A stretch of 64,000 bases of DNA from a bacterium. Lineage in GTDB: Bacteria; Zhuqueibacterota; Zhuqueibacteria; Residuimicrobiales; Krinioviventaceae. The DNA lies in the NCBI GenBank assembly GCA_963693055.1, contig OY843751.1, forward strand, positions 768,001 to 832,000, given 5' to 3'. The notes below the pieces were generated by a model. The model was given only the letters and a program-made list of their open reading frames with translations, made no database searches and was not told the origin of the DNA. Positions 46,390-56,288 of this stretch are shown one piece after another. Positions within the stretch are counted from its first letter, which is position 1; the number at the start of each line of letters is the position of its first letter. The translations under genes were made by a program, and so were the position numbers.

Positions 46390-48549
46390 ATGAAAAGTCT
46401 TGCTGCTGTAATCGATGTAATTGCTGAAAAGTGTAAAAATTGCCATGCTTGCATTACCGCATGTCCGGTTAAATATTGTAATAATGCCAATGGAGACCAT
46501 GTACAGGTAAATCATGATATGTGCATTGGATGTGGATCCTGTATCAAGGCATGTACACATGGGGCACGTACTATTATTGATGATTTTGATCTGTTTATGA
46601 AAAATGTGCGAAACGAAAAAGTTGTTGCTATTGTTGCTCCTGCGGTTGCTCCCAATTTTCCTGACAAACATTTACATTTTAATGGCTGGCTAAAATCGTT
46701 GGGTGTTGATGCGATTTTTGATGTAAGCTTTGGGGCAGAGTTGACGGTAAAATCTTATCTTGAGCATATTAAAGTAAACCAGCCACAGGCAGTCATTGCT
46801 CAACCATGTCCCGCAATTGTTTCCTTTATAGAAATATACAAACCCGAGTTACTCAACGTGCTTGCACCGGCTGACAGCCCCATGATGCATACATTGAAAA
46901 TGATTAAGCAATTTTATCCTGAATATAAATTTCACAAAACCGTCATCATTTCACCGTGTGTTGCTAAAAAACGAGAGTTTGATGACTGTGGCATTGGTAA
47001 TTATAATGTTACTTTTGCAGCCATTGATGATTATATCAATCAGAATGGTATCCGCATTGAAAGTTATCCTGCGGTTGAATTTGATAATCCACCAGCAGAG
47101 CGAGCTGTTTTATTCTCCACACCAGGCGGGTTAATGCGAACTGTTGAACGCGAGTTTCCTGATGTAAACAATATTGCAAGAAAAATTGAAGGGCCAGAGA
47201 TCATTTATGATTATCTTGAACAATTACCCGAAATGATGCAGCGCAAAATGAATCCATTATTGATCGATTGCTTGAATTGTGAAGCGGGTTGTAATGGTGG
47301 TACCGGTACCCATAATCATGAAAAATCTTTTGACGAACTGGAATTTTGGGTAGAAAAGCGTAACAAAGAGATGCAGGAAAAATATGCACAAAAGGGATTG
47401 CTGGATAAAAACAGAGGTAAGAAACAGCTCGAAAAAGCTATAGACAGCCATTGGAAACCCGGTCTTTACGACAGAAAATATAATGACCGCTCTCAAAACA
47501 ATGAAGTGAAAAAGCCCAGTTCTCAAGAGTTGAAAGAAATTTACAAACAGATTAGTAAATTCAGCGAAGATGATATTTATAATTGTGGTGCTTGCGGTTA
47601 TGGCGATTGCGAGTCTATGGCAGTTGCACTTTATAATGGTTTAAATATGCCAGAGAACTGTTTACACCATCAGTTTGCAATCCACAAAGAATTCCATTCG
47701 CGGCTTGCATGCTCATCTACACAGCTTGAAGGAATGGCGCATTCGGTAACAAATCAGTGCTCATCTATCAAAGACCGAACAGATAATGTATCTACAAACA
47801 TTGATGATTTGCGGTTATTGTTGCACCGTATTCTTGAAAATTCGGAAGAAAACAAGAATGTAATTAACAATATATCTATCTCAACAGAAGAAATGAGTGC
47901 AACCATTCAGGATATCTCAGAGAACGCGGAAAAAACCCGCAGTATTACTCAACATGCTGTAGAGAATGTCCGCAATATTCACGAAAGGGCACGGGACCTG
48001 AATGAAGCAACTGCAGATATCCAATCTGTTATAAAATTGATTTTTGAGATTGCAGATCAAACCAAACTATTGGCAATTAATGCAACCATTGAGGCTGCCA
48101 GAGCAGGTGAGGCCGGCAAAGGTTTTGGTGTTGTAGCAAACGAAGTCAAGCATCTGGCAGACCAAACCAATGACGCCACACGGACCATTCGGGAAAAAGT
48201 GGCAAGAATCTCACGTTCCGCTAATGAAACACTGGGTGAAGTGGGAAATATTAATGAGATCATTGAAAATATTAATGACATGATTACTTCCATTGCAACG
48301 GGTGTTGACCAGCAATCTCATACAACGAAGAACATGTCTGTGGATATAATGAAATTTTCTCAAAGAATAGAAGAAATTAGTAATCATCTCACAAATTCTT
48401 CAGAAAAAGCGAGTTCGGTCAGTCAAGATGTATTTCAGGTGAACCAGGTGGTTGGAAATGTAGACTTGTCTGCATCTGAGCTCAAAGTAAATTCAGACCA
48501 GCTATCAAGTTTGTGTAATAAATTGTCGAATAATGGGAACGGACGCTAG
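46390..48549 (+). CDS. Sensory-type [FeFe]-hydrogenase-like domain fused to a methyl-accepting chemotaxis signalling domain
   Basis: 2x CxxCxxCxxxC ferredoxin; AQPCPA, SPCVAKKRE, DCLNCEAGCNGG H-cluster motifs; CGACGYGDC FeS domain; QTKLLAINATIEAARAGEAGKGFGVVANEVK; no TM. Confidence 0.88.
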   Translation: MKSLAAVIDVIAEKCKNCHACITACPVKYCNNANGDHVQVNHDMCIGCGSCIKACTHGARTIIDDFDLFMKNVRNEKVVAIVAPAVAPNFPDKHLHFNGWLKSLGVDAIFDVSFGAELTVKSYLEHIKVNQPQAVIAQPCPAIVSFIEIYKPELLNVLAPADSPMMHTLKMIKQFYPEYKFHKTVIISPCVAKKREFDDCGIGNYNVTFAAIDDYINQNGIRIESYPAVEFDNPPAERAVLFSTPGGLMRTVEREFPDVNNIARKIEGPEIIYDYLEQLPEMMQRKMNPLLIDCLNCEAGCNGGTGTHNHEKSFDELEFWVEKRNKEMQEKYAQKGLLDKNRGKKQLEKAIDSHWKPGLYDRKYNDRSQNNEVKKPSSQELKEIYKQISKFSEDDIYNCGACGYGDCESMAVALYNGLNMPENCLHHQFAIHKEFHSRLACSSTQLEGMAHSVTNQCSSIKDRTDNVSTNIDDLRLLLHRILENSEENKNVINNISISTEEMSATIQDISENAEKTRSITQHAVENVRNIHERARDLNEATADIQSVIKLIFEIADQTKLLAINATIEAARAGEAGKGFGVVANEVKHLADQTNDATRTIREKVARISRSANETLGEVGNINEIIENINDMITSIATGVDQQSHTTKNMSVDIMKFSQRIEEISNHLTNSSEKASSVSQDVFQVNQVVGNVDLSASELKVNSDQLSSLCNKLSNNGNGR

Positions 48550-49901
48550 TTCAAACTACCCGGCATAAGTCGTTCCATTTTAGAGTAAAGTTGGCGCCGG
48601 GTAATGCCTAAAAGCTCGGCAGCCTTTGTTTTGTTGCTTTCAGCTCTTGCAAGGGCCCGCTGGATCATGCGTATTTCCATTTCGTCCAAAGTCATTAGAT
48701 CATCATCGCTGGTTTGCAGGTCAATAGGCATTTCAGCTTCGCCTCGTATATATGGGGGTAAATCCTGAACGGATATAGAACTTCCGCCAGCCATTATTAA
48801 AGCTCTTTCAATTACATTTTCCAATTCACGCACATTTCCCGGCCAGGCAAACTCTATCAAGAGTTTAATGGCTTTTGGATCAATCTTTTGCGGATCAACC
48901 TGCTGAAGAGTCATAAAATGTTCAATCAGTTCAGGCACATCTGTTTTTCTATCCCGGAGTGGGGGAATTACGATTGGAAAAACATTGATCCGATAATAAA
49001 GGTCTTCACGGAATGATTTTTCTTTGACCATCTCTTCCAAATTACGATTGGTAGCGGCAATAGTGCGTGCATGGATTTTTATTGACTGGGTTCCACCTAC
49101 ACGAATTACTTCTTTGGCTTGCAATGCTCGCAAAAGTTTAACCTGGGTTGCGGGAGTCATGTCTCCAATTTCATCTAAAAAGATGGTGCCATTACCGGCA
49201 ACCTCAAACAGTCCGGGTTTTTGCTTGTCTGCTCCTGTGAATGCACCTTTTTCATATCCAAACAATTCACTTTCCAGTAATGTTTCAGGCAATGCACTGC
49301 AATTGACAGCAATAAATTGATTGTCTTTGCGGGGGCTGCAGTGATGGATGGCATGCGCAACCAGTTCTTTACCGGTGCCGCTTTCTCCACGGACCAGTAC
49401 CGTAGCATCGCTTTGAGCTACTTTTTCTACCAGTTGGTAAACCTGCTGCATGGCCCCGCTTTTCCCGACCATATTGTCAAGCGAATATTTGTTTACAAGC
49501 TTCTTTTTTAGAGTTTTGTTTTCCTGCTTTAAATCGTGTTTGTCGAGTATATGTTTAACCTTGTGACGTAATTCATCAATCTCGAAAGGTTTAATAACAT
49601 AATCATATGCACCGTTTTTCATGGCATCAACTGCGGTTTTGGCATCGGCATAGGCTGTCATTAACAGGACTTCGGTTTCAGGAAATGAGGATTTTACTTT
49701 TTCGAGCAGATCCAGTCCACTCATGCCCGGCATTTTTATATCAGAGAGGATGACGTCAAAAGTATCCACATCCAATGCCGCAATGGCAGCTTCACCACTG
49801 TTGGCTGTAGTGACTGAAAGACCAATATTTTCAAAAGCGGTTTTGAGCACAATACACATTTTACGTTCATCATCCACTATTAATATTTTTCCATTACTCA
49901 T
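48546..49901 (-). CDS. NtrC-family sigma54-dependent response regulator
   Basis: Receiver, GESGTGKE, GAFTGA, WPGNVRELEN, Fis HTH. Confidence 0.95.
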   Translation of the reverse strand: MSNGKILIVDDERKMCIVLKTAFENIGLSVTTANSGEAAIAALDVDTFDVILSDIKMPGMSGLDLLEKVKSSFPETEVLLMTAYADAKTAVDAMKNGAYDYVIKPFEIDELRHKVKHILDKHDLKQENKTLKKKLVNKYSLDNMVGKSGAMQQVYQLVEKVAQSDATVLVRGESGTGKELVAHAIHHCSPRKDNQFIAVNCSALPETLLESELFGYEKGAFTGADKQKPGLFEVAGNGTIFLDEIGDMTPATQVKLLRALQAKEVIRVGGTQSIKIHARTIAATNRNLEEMVKEKSFREDLYYRINVFPIVIPPLRDRKTDVPELIEHFMTLQQVDPQKIDPKAIKLLIEFAWPGNVRELENVIERALIMAGGSSISVQDLPPYIRGEAEMPIDLQTSDDDLMTLDEMEIRMIQRALARAESNKTKAAELLGITRRQLYSKMERLMPGSLN

Positions 49902-49915
49902 AAAATCCCTCAAAT

Positions 49916-51262
49916 TTAATGTGCCGGTAATGTAAATGTTATTGTTGCACCTTTGTCCTGATTGTTAGCAGCAGTAATCTTGCCGCCGTGTTTTTCAATA
50001 ATTGTTTTGCTTACGGCTAGCCCTAAACCAGTACCACGGGTTTTTGTTGTAAAGAATGGATTGAAAATTTCTTCCGGTTCAACCTGAATACCTTCTCCAT
50101 TGTCAATAACACTGATGCGTGCATATGTCATACCTCGATTATTTTCACGACTGACATTGATTTGGATATCGGCTGATTCTTCTTTGACTGCCTGACGTGC
50201 ATTGATCAATAGATTTAATAAAACCCTGTAGATGGTATCTCTGTCGCAGTCGGAAATAATTTCGTCTTGTTCCATATTGACTGTTAGGTGTACCTGCTCA
50301 AATTGTTCTGCGTTAAAAGACGTAACAGCATCCTGAACAATGCTTGAAATATTGTGTTGGGCTATTGTTAGTTTGGGTTCTCGAGCAAATGATAAAAAGT
50401 CGTTTACCAACCGGTTCAAACGCGCAATTTCTTCGGTTATAAAATCAAACATTTCATTCGGTTTTTCGGGGTCCTGATAGGTTTCCTTGATGACATCGCT
50501 GGTGCTTTTTATGATGCCAAGCGGATTGCGGATCTCGTGCGCTACGGTTGCTGCCATTTGACCCATCGCAGCCAATCGCTGCGATTGCTGCAATTCGGCC
50601 TCGGTTTTTACCAGCATGCGTGTGGCCCAGGTAACAAAAAATACAATGAGGCCCAGTACTAAAAGACTGATCAGACTGCCCAGGTACATACCCCGTTTAA
50701 AAAATTGTATCGTATTAAAAGAGCGGGCATTGGCTTCCATAACCAAAATTACAGGGTTTGCATAGGTGTCGTAAAGCATTGCATAAGCATTTTTAAAATA
50801 ATTGCCTTCCAGCAGATGCATTTGTGAAGTTGCAATTTCATCGATCTCTATTTTTTTCAAAGCCAGGCTGTCTTCTGTCAGGTACCCACGGCTTATCATT
50901 TCCAGTTCGGGCCTTGCATCTACCAGCACATTCAGTCTGACATTTATCATATAAACCGCTTCAAGAGAGTTTTGTCTGCGGAGCATATCCAGATTTCTGC
51001 GTAAATAGGGATATGCAGAAGTGTTGTAAATGTCGACCAAATTGGGTTCAATAACGCGGATAGCCATTTGGGCTGTGGAGCGGAGCCTGGCATCCAGTTC
51101 CTGTTCTAAAAACTCCCCAATCTGATGGATGAACCAGTATGCGCCCATGTTAAATGCAGCCAGAGAAAAAAAAGTAACACCAATAACAGAGATGATTGTT
51201 AATCTTCTGCGTGTGATCAACTGTTTGGGATTTTGAGGTTTTTTGATTTTTGTCCTGTTCAT
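49916..51262 (-). CDS. Sensor histidine kinase
   Basis: 2 TM, AATVAHEIRNPL, DNGEGI, FNPFFTTK, GTGLGL. Confidence 0.93.
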   Translation of the reverse strand: MNRTKIKKPQNPKQLITRRRLTIISVIGVTFFSLAAFNMGAYWFIHQIGEFLEQELDARLRSTAQMAIRVIEPNLVDIYNTSAYPYLRRNLDMLRRQNSLEAVYMINVRLNVLVDARPELEMISRGYLTEDSLALKKIEIDEIATSQMHLLEGNYFKNAYAMLYDTYANPVILVMEANARSFNTIQFFKRGMYLGSLISLLVLGLIVFFVTWATRMLVKTEAELQQSQRLAAMGQMAATVAHEIRNPLGIIKSTSDVIKETYQDPEKPNEMFDFITEEIARLNRLVNDFLSFAREPKLTIAQHNISSIVQDAVTSFNAEQFEQVHLTVNMEQDEIISDCDRDTIYRVLLNLLINARQAVKEESADIQINVSRENNRGMTYARISVIDNGEGIQVEPEEIFNPFFTTKTRGTGLGLAVSKTIIEKHGGKITAANNQDKGATITFTLPAH

Positions 51263-51273
51263 TGCTTATTTGA

Positions 51274-51771
51274 TCAGGTTTCGTCATTTTCGTTGAAAAG
51301 CCGTTCCCATTCTTCCAGTTCTTTGGGACCTATGTTTACATTGTATTTTTTTTCATATTCCCGGCTGTTTGCCTCTTTATTCATTCTTTGATAAAGTAAT
51401 TCTACACTCCAAACTGTACAACCCATGGACTGTACAATTCGCGCAAGAGAATTGTCTGATGTAACAACCGTAAGGTCTCGTTTGTTTTCAGCTTTTTCAA
51501 CAAGTTTAATAATCATAGGATCCGCTTTTAGCGGTGCTTTAGAGAAGGCAACATGTATGCCACGAGGGCGATGGAGTTTGGTAATGCCTTTGATATCCTG
51601 CCCATCAAAGACAATACTGATCCTTATACTCTTGTTTCCCCTATAAGCTATGACTTGCTGAACAAGCTCTTCGCGGGCTTTCCACAGGTGTTTTTCGTTA
51701 TTTAAATAGGCTGGATTCTGGCGGAAAATAAAGTTATAGCCATCAATGATGATGTGCTGCTGAAGTTTCAT
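51274..51771 (-). CDS. NYN-domain (YacP/Rae1-like) ribonuclease
   Basis: IIIDGYN, IVFDG, AD..I, VVTSD. Confidence 0.85.
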   Translation of the reverse strand: MKLQQHIIIDGYNFIFRQNPAYLNNEKHLWKAREELVQQVIAYRGNKSIRISIVFDGQDIKGITKLHRPRGIHVAFSKAPLKADPMIIKLVEKAENKRDLTVVTSDNSLARIVQSMGCTVWSVELLYQRMNKEANSREYEKKYNVNIGPKELEEWERLFNENDET

Positions 51772-52793
51772 CGTAAATTTGTTTTAGAATTTTTAGTATC
51801 CATTACTGCTTTAAATACCATATCTGAAGTGATGGATTGCATACACTCCATTTTGGGACAAAGATCACGATGACAGCGGCTGCAATCAATTTGGTGAAAG
51901 ACCAGACGATGTCCCTTGTTGGGGCTGTACGGGAACCATATTTCGGGTTCACCCGGCCCGAAAATACCTACAGTAGGTGTGCCAACAGCGGGAGCAAGGT
52001 GCATGGGACCACAATCATTCGATACAAAAACATTTATATGATACAGAATTGCAGCGAGTTTTCTAAGTGAAAGTACCTCTGGTGCAATGGCGTCGTAACG
52101 GTAGTTTTTAATAACAGATTGAACCAGATGATGTTCTCCGGGACCCATTGTGAACAATATTTGAGCATCAGCTTCGGCAGTCAGGCGGGTTGCTAATTCA
52201 CTGAATCGTTCAGGTGACCATCGTTTAGCGGGCCAGGTTGCGCCAGCGTGTATACCAATAATTTTTTTATCCAGATCAAAGCCTTTTTGTTCCAGATATT
52301 TTGCTGCCCACTCTTTCTCATCAGGATGAACAATAATATAAGGATCAACTGGTTCGTGAGGCTTGATATCGAGCGGTGAAAGATAACGCAGGTGAAAATC
52401 AACCGCAGTGCGGGTTTTACCATCATCTTTGATCTTGTGATTGTAAAAGTGCTTTCTGCCTCTAAAGTTACCACCTATGCGTATTTTAGCCCCGGATAAC
52501 CAGGTTAAATAGGCCGAACGTGGATTACCAAACAGATCAATCGCAATATCATATTTTTGTGTTAACAGTTTCACCATCACCCGGTTTTGCGAACCCTTGT
52601 CACTGCGTTTAAAGGATAACAGTCTGTAAATATGTGGGTGGTGCCTCAATAGTGAAATGTAGGGTTCTTCTGCAAGATAAGTGATAGATGCCTGGGGATA
52701 GGTGCGTTTTAATTCATGCAATAAAGGGGTGGTTAAAATAATATCACCCATAAACCGTAATCGTGAGATAAGAATATTATTAACTGTTTCCAA
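51768..52793 (-). CDS. Glycosyltransferase family 9 (heptosyltransferase-like)
   Basis: RFMGDIILTTP, HAGATWPAKRW, NDCGPMHLAPAVGTPTVGIFGP. Confidence 0.92.
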   Translation of the reverse strand: METVNNILISRLRFMGDIILTTPLLHELKRTYPQASITYLAEEPYISLLRHHPHIYRLLSFKRSDKGSQNRVMVKLLTQKYDIAIDLFGNPRSAYLTWLSGAKIRIGGNFRGRKHFYNHKIKDDGKTRTAVDFHLRYLSPLDIKPHEPVDPYIIVHPDEKEWAAKYLEQKGFDLDKKIIGIHAGATWPAKRWSPERFSELATRLTAEADAQILFTMGPGEHHLVQSVIKNYRYDAIAPEVLSLRKLAAILYHINVFVSNDCGPMHLAPAVGTPTVGIFGPGEPEIWFPYSPNKGHRLVFHQIDCSRCHRDLCPKMECMQSITSDMVFKAVMDTKNSKTNLR

Positions 52794-52860
52794 TCGGCCC
52801 TCGTTTTGTATTGATTAGAATAGTAATAAAACTTGATCTATAAATCAAGAAAATTTTCGA

Positions 52861-53718
52861 TTATGTTAAAGAAAAGAGAGAGTAATTTGGTGATTTGACA
52901 CCTTTAATTGTTACAGGGTATCGAATAACTTGCTGATCTGTTAATTTTTGCAATGTTTGCTCAACTGCGAGCGTGTTCCATCTAAATAAGCGTATAATGG
53001 ATTTTGCATCTGAGACGAGTACGGTTTCAAAGTATTTTTTTAGTATCTGAAAATAGGCGTCTTGAATTGAGAGAGTAGAGATGGATTCAAATATCTCTTC
53101 AAATCTGTTGTTGAACAAGTCCCATAAGAATGTAAAGGGATCATAAAACTCGCCTATTTTTAAAACAAACATTTTCATTTGCAATTCAGTCATGGCTTTG
53201 TCAAAATCTGAACGTCGGTCAGGGTTTGATAATCTACTGGCGATTTTTAGATCAGAGGTGATCATGGGATGGTTTTCCATAAGGGCGTCCATAATTGCTT
53301 TGGCGTTTGCAGACAATCTTCCGGCCATATATTCCGCAATATAGGCATTGGGATCGTCAGAATAGCCTTTGGTTTTGTAAAACCAGGGTAGGTATTCAAG
53401 CGAGATCATGGCGGGACGATTTTTCAGCGCCTTTCCATAATAAATTTGTTTTCTGGCTGGTAATACATCCTTGGCCGTCCAAACCAGACCAATAGTGGGA
53501 TCGTGCTGAACATGGTGTGGATATTCCGGATCTCTTGCTCCACATGCCGCATGCCACAAGCAGGGCAGTTCTGATTTGTTAGATTTGAATGCAAAACAAA
53601 ATCCAACCTTGTTGACAAAGTCAAGCGCATTGTCTGTATCGGTTATGCGGAGTTCGGGAGTACGATGGTAAATGGCATCCCGTTTTTCTTCTATATATTC
53701 AATGGTGAATTCGGTCAT
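52861..53718 (-). CDS. AlkZ-related winged-helix protein (putative DNA repair)
   Basis: ALDFVNKVGFC, W..KD.LP...YYGK, FDKAMTELQ; overlaps the mutY stop; family call tentative. Confidence 0.55.
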   Translation of the reverse strand: MTEFTIEYIEEKRDAIYHRTPELRITDTDNALDFVNKVGFCFAFKSNKSELPCLWHAACGARDPEYPHHVQHDPTIGLVWTAKDVLPARKQIYYGKALKNRPAMISLEYLPWFYKTKGYSDDPNAYIAEYMAGRLSANAKAIMDALMENHPMITSDLKIASRLSNPDRRSDFDKAMTELQMKMFVLKIGEFYDPFTFLWDLFNNRFEEIFESISTLSIQDAYFQILKKYFETVLVSDAKSIIRLFRWNTLAVEQTLQKLTDQQVIRYPVTIKGVKSPNYSLFSLT

Positions 53719-54791
53719 GATTGTCTTTTCAGCATTTTGTCCAGTATTTTGCGGTTTGCACGGGGGAATGCAAAATCGTCAATTGTATCCAGAGTTACCC
53801 ATTTCCAATCCGCGCAACCAATGGTTTTTGGGGTACCCGAGAGATATTTGCAATTAAATACCTGCATTGTTATGGAAAAATGGGTATAGGCGTGTTTAAC
53901 CGTATCGAACAATTCATCAACTTGAACATCAATATCCAATTCTTCTTTAATCTCGCGTGCAGCCGCCTGTTCCGGGGATTCATTGTCTTCTACCTTACCA
54001 CCGGGAAACTCCCAGAGCCCACCCAGCAGCCCTTTGTCCGGACGTTTTGCGATCAGGATTTTATCGTCATGGTAAATAATTCCAGCGGCAATCAGATGGT
54101 GCGGCAGAGCTTTTGATGGCGGCTTTACCGGATATTGTTCCATATCCCCATGTTTGTTGGCAGCGCAATACTTGTTTATGGGGCATAACATGCATTTGGG
54201 AGATTTGGGACGGCAAACCATTGCGCCCAATTCCATGATGGCCTGATTATAATCCCCGGGTCGATTCTCGGATAAATGCTGCTGAGCCAGGGTTTCCATC
54301 TCTTTTTTGCCAGTGTGGGATTTGGGATCAGTTGTAATTCGATACAATCTGCACAATACTCGGTTTACATTACCATCTACAACCGCCAACTGTTGATTAA
54401 AAGCAATGCTGAGAATAGCCGCAGCGGTGTAAGGACCAATTCCGCTCAAGCTGCGCACAGAATCTGCCTCGTTTGGGAAAATGCCATTGTGATCATTTAC
54501 AATCTGTTTCGCGGCTTTGTGCAGATTGCGTGCACGGGCATAGTAGCCCAATCCTTCCCAGAGTTTGAGGACCTGGTCCTGATTGGCACCTGCCAGATCA
54601 AATACTTTTGGGAATGCATCAATAAAACGCAGGTAATAGGGAACAACGGTTTTGACCTGTGTCTGCTGCAGCATGATTTCGGATACCCATATGGCATAGG
54701 GATCACTGGTTTGCCGCCAGGGTAGGTCACGGAATTCATTGTCGTACCACTCGAGTAAAGCGGTTTGGATATGGGGGATATGAGCAGTCAT
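53715..54791 (-). CDS. mutY: A/G-specific adenine glycosylase with C-terminal Nudix domain
   Basis: WVSEIMLQQTQV, WEGLGYYARARNL, VDGNVNRV, CRPKSPKCMLCPINKYC. Confidence 0.95.
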   Translation of the reverse strand: MTAHIPHIQTALLEWYDNEFRDLPWRQTSDPYAIWVSEIMLQQTQVKTVVPYYLRFIDAFPKVFDLAGANQDQVLKLWEGLGYYARARNLHKAAKQIVNDHNGIFPNEADSVRSLSGIGPYTAAAILSIAFNQQLAVVDGNVNRVLCRLYRITTDPKSHTGKKEMETLAQQHLSENRPGDYNQAIMELGAMVCRPKSPKCMLCPINKYCAANKHGDMEQYPVKPPSKALPHHLIAAGIIYHDDKILIAKRPDKGLLGGLWEFPGGKVEDNESPEQAAAREIKEELDIDVQVDELFDTVKHAYTHFSITMQVFNCKYLSGTPKTIGCADWKWVTLDTIDDFAFPRANRKILDKMLKRQS

Positions 54792-54994
54792 ATGTTTTTA
54801 TAATTTAGCATAATACATTGATTAACGAAATTTTAAGTATTAAAAAATAGGATTAATTGAAAAGAAAACTAGTATTAATTCAAAGAAACATAGCAACTTG
54901 ATATTTATACTTAAAGTAAGGCTATTAATTTTTTGAAAGATTTTAAATGATTGTTTCATCTAGTCTTGAAAAAGTAAATAGTATATGAAAAAGA

Positions 54995-55318
54995 TTACTC
55001 AATTATCCATTTGCGTTGTTTGTTAATCTCCTCTTTTTCGCGGAATGCTGCCTCCAGATCAATGTCGTAACGGTTGGCTATGGAAAAGAGATAGATCAGA
55101 ATGTCAGCCAGTTCGTGCGAGATATCACCAAAATTGGAACGGGTATCTATTTTTAGTCCTTCAGATTTTCGAACAGCCTTGAACAGCTCCCCAATCTCTT
55201 CTCCTAATAGCAGACATTTATCCCTTGCTGACTGGTCAATGAATCCCCGCTCGATCTCGAGCTGGTTAACATATTCCTGTAAATCTTCCAGTGTAGGGTT
55301 TTCTATTAAATTTGGCAT
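54995..55318 (-). CDS. MazG-like nucleotide pyrophosphohydrolase
   Basis: EEIGEL..AVRK, ELADILIYL, KEEINKQR. Confidence 0.88.
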   Translation of the reverse strand: MPNLIENPTLEDLQEYVNQLEIERGFIDQSARDKCLLLGEEIGELFKAVRKSEGLKIDTRSNFGDISHELADILIYLFSIANRYDIDLEAAFREKEEINKQRKWIIE

Positions 55319-55441
55319 GAGTATTTTCCTGAAAAATAACAAGTGAATTGTTTGGTATAGAATAAATTGATTTTTTGGGGTAAATACAACAAGAATGTAG
55401 TGTGAATTTAATTTATTAGATTGTTTTTAATTTGGAAACTT

Positions 55442-55514
55442 AAAAAACCCCTCAAAGCCTTGGGTCTTTGAGGGGCGTTGATAAAACCCGGCACCTGCCA
55501 TGCGCCGGGTTGTT
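55442..55514 (-). terminator. Two tandem hairpins / terminator after the activase gene
   Basis: AACCCGGC/GCCGGGTT and CCCCTCAAAG/CTTTGAGGGG, each followed by a T-run on the minus strand. Confidence 0.75.
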
Positions 55515-56273
55515 TTAAACTTCACTCCTGGCCTCCTGCGCCAGGAGCGAAGCGCCTAATGCACCGGCAAACTGAGGAAGGTCCGGTACTATTATTTCTC
55601 GATGTAATAATTTTTCCAACAATACCCGAATACATGGATTTTTAGCAACACCCCCTTCAAAGACTATGGGGCCATCTCCGCCAATCCGGTTTATCATGCT
55701 GACTGCCCGTTTGGCTACGGATTTGTGCAGCGCCCATGCAATATCATTCCGTTCATGTCCTTTGGATATCAGAGAGATCACTTCAGATTCTGCAAATACA
55801 GTGCACATACTGTTAATTTGAATCTCGGTTTGAGATTCCAGGGCGTGATCACCAAATTCCTGAATGTTGAATCCCAGGGTAGATGCCATAATCTCTAAAA
55901 ATTTGCCGGTTCCTGCGGCACAACGGTCATTCATTTCAAATTTTTTGACCTTGCCATTATCAAACAAAGAGATAACTTTACAGTCTTGGCCGCCAATATC
56001 CAGAATTAAAGAAGCTGTGGGGAATAGGGCTTTGGCACCCTGGGCATGAGCTTTAATTTCAGTAACTGTGGGGCTGTCATACTCGATCTCCACAAGATTA
56101 CGTCCATAGCCAGTAGCTAAAAGTCTGTCATACCCTAGACCATCCAATAATTGTTTGGTCTGGTTAAGAGGATCGTAACCCGTGTCTGCATGACGATATT
56201 CAAGTATATTGCTATTTTCAGTCACAACAACTTTGATTGTTCTTGAGCCGATATCAATTCCGGCGCACTTCAT
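55515..56273 (-). CDS. ATP-dependent activase/reductase (HgdC/BadF family; DCCP-R-like)
   Basis: GIDIGSRT, ATGYGR, DIGGQD, MNDRCAAGTG, MCTVFAESE. Confidence 0.93.
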   Translation of the reverse strand: MKCAGIDIGSRTIKVVVTENSNILEYRHADTGYDPLNQTKQLLDGLGYDRLLATGYGRNLVEIEYDSPTVTEIKAHAQGAKALFPTASLILDIGGQDCKVISLFDNGKVKKFEMNDRCAAGTGKFLEIMASTLGFNIQEFGDHALESQTEIQINSMCTVFAESEVISLISKGHERNDIAWALHKSVAKRAVSMINRIGGDGPIVFEGGVAKNPCIRVLLEKLLHREIIVPDLPQFAGALGASLLAQEARSEV

Positions 56274-56288
56274 ACTGCCAACTCCTGC

